Assembly (NCBI GenBank): GCA_030390025.1
Contig: CM059432.1
Location: forward strand, 125,304,001 to 125,368,000
Direction: 5' to 3'
Origin: Squalus acanthias
Taxonomy: Eukaryota
Length of the DNA stretch: 64,000 nt
Shown: piece by piece, positions 63,181 through 64,000 of the stretch
Layout: each line of letters opens with the position of its first letter
Numbering within the stretch: position 1 is the first letter of the stretch
Notes under the pieces: model-generated
Database searches by the model: none
Seen by the model: the letters and a program-made list of their open reading frames with translations, nothing else
What the model was told of the DNA's origin: nothing
Position numbers and translations under genes: made by a program

Positions 63181-64000
63181 GGCAGAACATTTTACAAAAT
63201 TACAATAAAAAATCCAATTGGTACAAGATTAATAGATAGTTTGCATCTTGTCCACTGAAACATTCTCCAACAGGTCAATCACAGTGTGGCATTGATGGCA
63301 GCCAAGGAGTTAATAGTGGTCCACGTCCTTCCACCCAACTTGCTGGAGGTCATTACCAAGTGGTAAGTGGCATGAAAAGAAAAAAATAGGATGGAACATA
63401 AAGACTGTAGTCAATTTGTATTTGAGGCAGGGATTTTGTCTTAACTTCTTTTCTGGTACTGGTTTGCACCATCTCCATGTTGACAATACAATAAATTTGT
63501 TCTTTTCTTAGTGAATTTTGTGCTCATCAAGGACAAGGACATCAGAATTGGGAAATTAAACAGTTTTTCACTTTTTGCAGTATTGAAGTCCTAGGTCAGA
63601 TATACTACAGCCAGATAAAGTGTGAGGCTTACTTTACATAAGCCAACAATGTACTTCAACCCTGACCTCCAAGAGCACTTTCCACTGGTCCAGTCATCCT
63701 TCAGGCATTTCTCAACGAGATTGCAAGTTTAATAACAATTAGTGGTAATAGAGGTAGTTTTGTGCAGAGCTATTGGGTTGCAACTACCCAAAGTTATTTC
63801 ACATAGACCATTATACCCAGCAGAGAAAGGACTACAGTACATTTATATTCCTCCATTGATGATTGGGGTGGATCGTGATGGCAGTTAACTGAATCAAAGC
63901 AGATTCCCTATCTCAGCATATTACTTTATTATTCAGGGTCAGGTCAGATCTGATGGGAAATAAGTTGGCTGTCCTGACCTAGGTTGACATGATACATTGG

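Noticed and set aside
53300..64000. Exons of a neighbouring gene (e.g. ANKRD46, expected from mammalian synteny)
   Set aside because: No ORF or exon resembling a known protein was recognised. Short exons could have been missed.

Overview
AT-rich, repeat-dense vertebrate genomic DNA, most likely from a cartilaginous fish (inferred from the CR1/L2/Deu-SINE repertoire). The only host gene is RNF19A (Dorfin, RBR E3 ligase) on the minus strand. Its first coding exon is at ~3919-3171, the probable non-coding first exon and CpG-island promoter are at ~45.1-45.5 kb, and a ~41 kb intron 1 lies between them. The rest is transposon-derived: CR1 and L2 LINE fragments, tRNA-headed SINEs, several MITEs (Harbinger-like with 3-bp TSDs, pogo/Tigger-like with TA, hAT-like with an 8-bp TSD) and a solo LTR. 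Two structures stand out. (1) A 3.16 kb PIF/Harbinger element (48137-51294) retains an intact 3-exon, 474-aa Myb/SANT gene, while its transposase has collapsed to a 55-aa in-frame mini-ORF; a MITE derivative of it lies at 24.1 kb. (2) Short Penelope-like insertions carry minimal type I hammerhead ribozyme motifs, one of them as a perfect 95-bp palindrome flanked by a 14-bp TSD. Boundaries of degenerate repeats are approximate.
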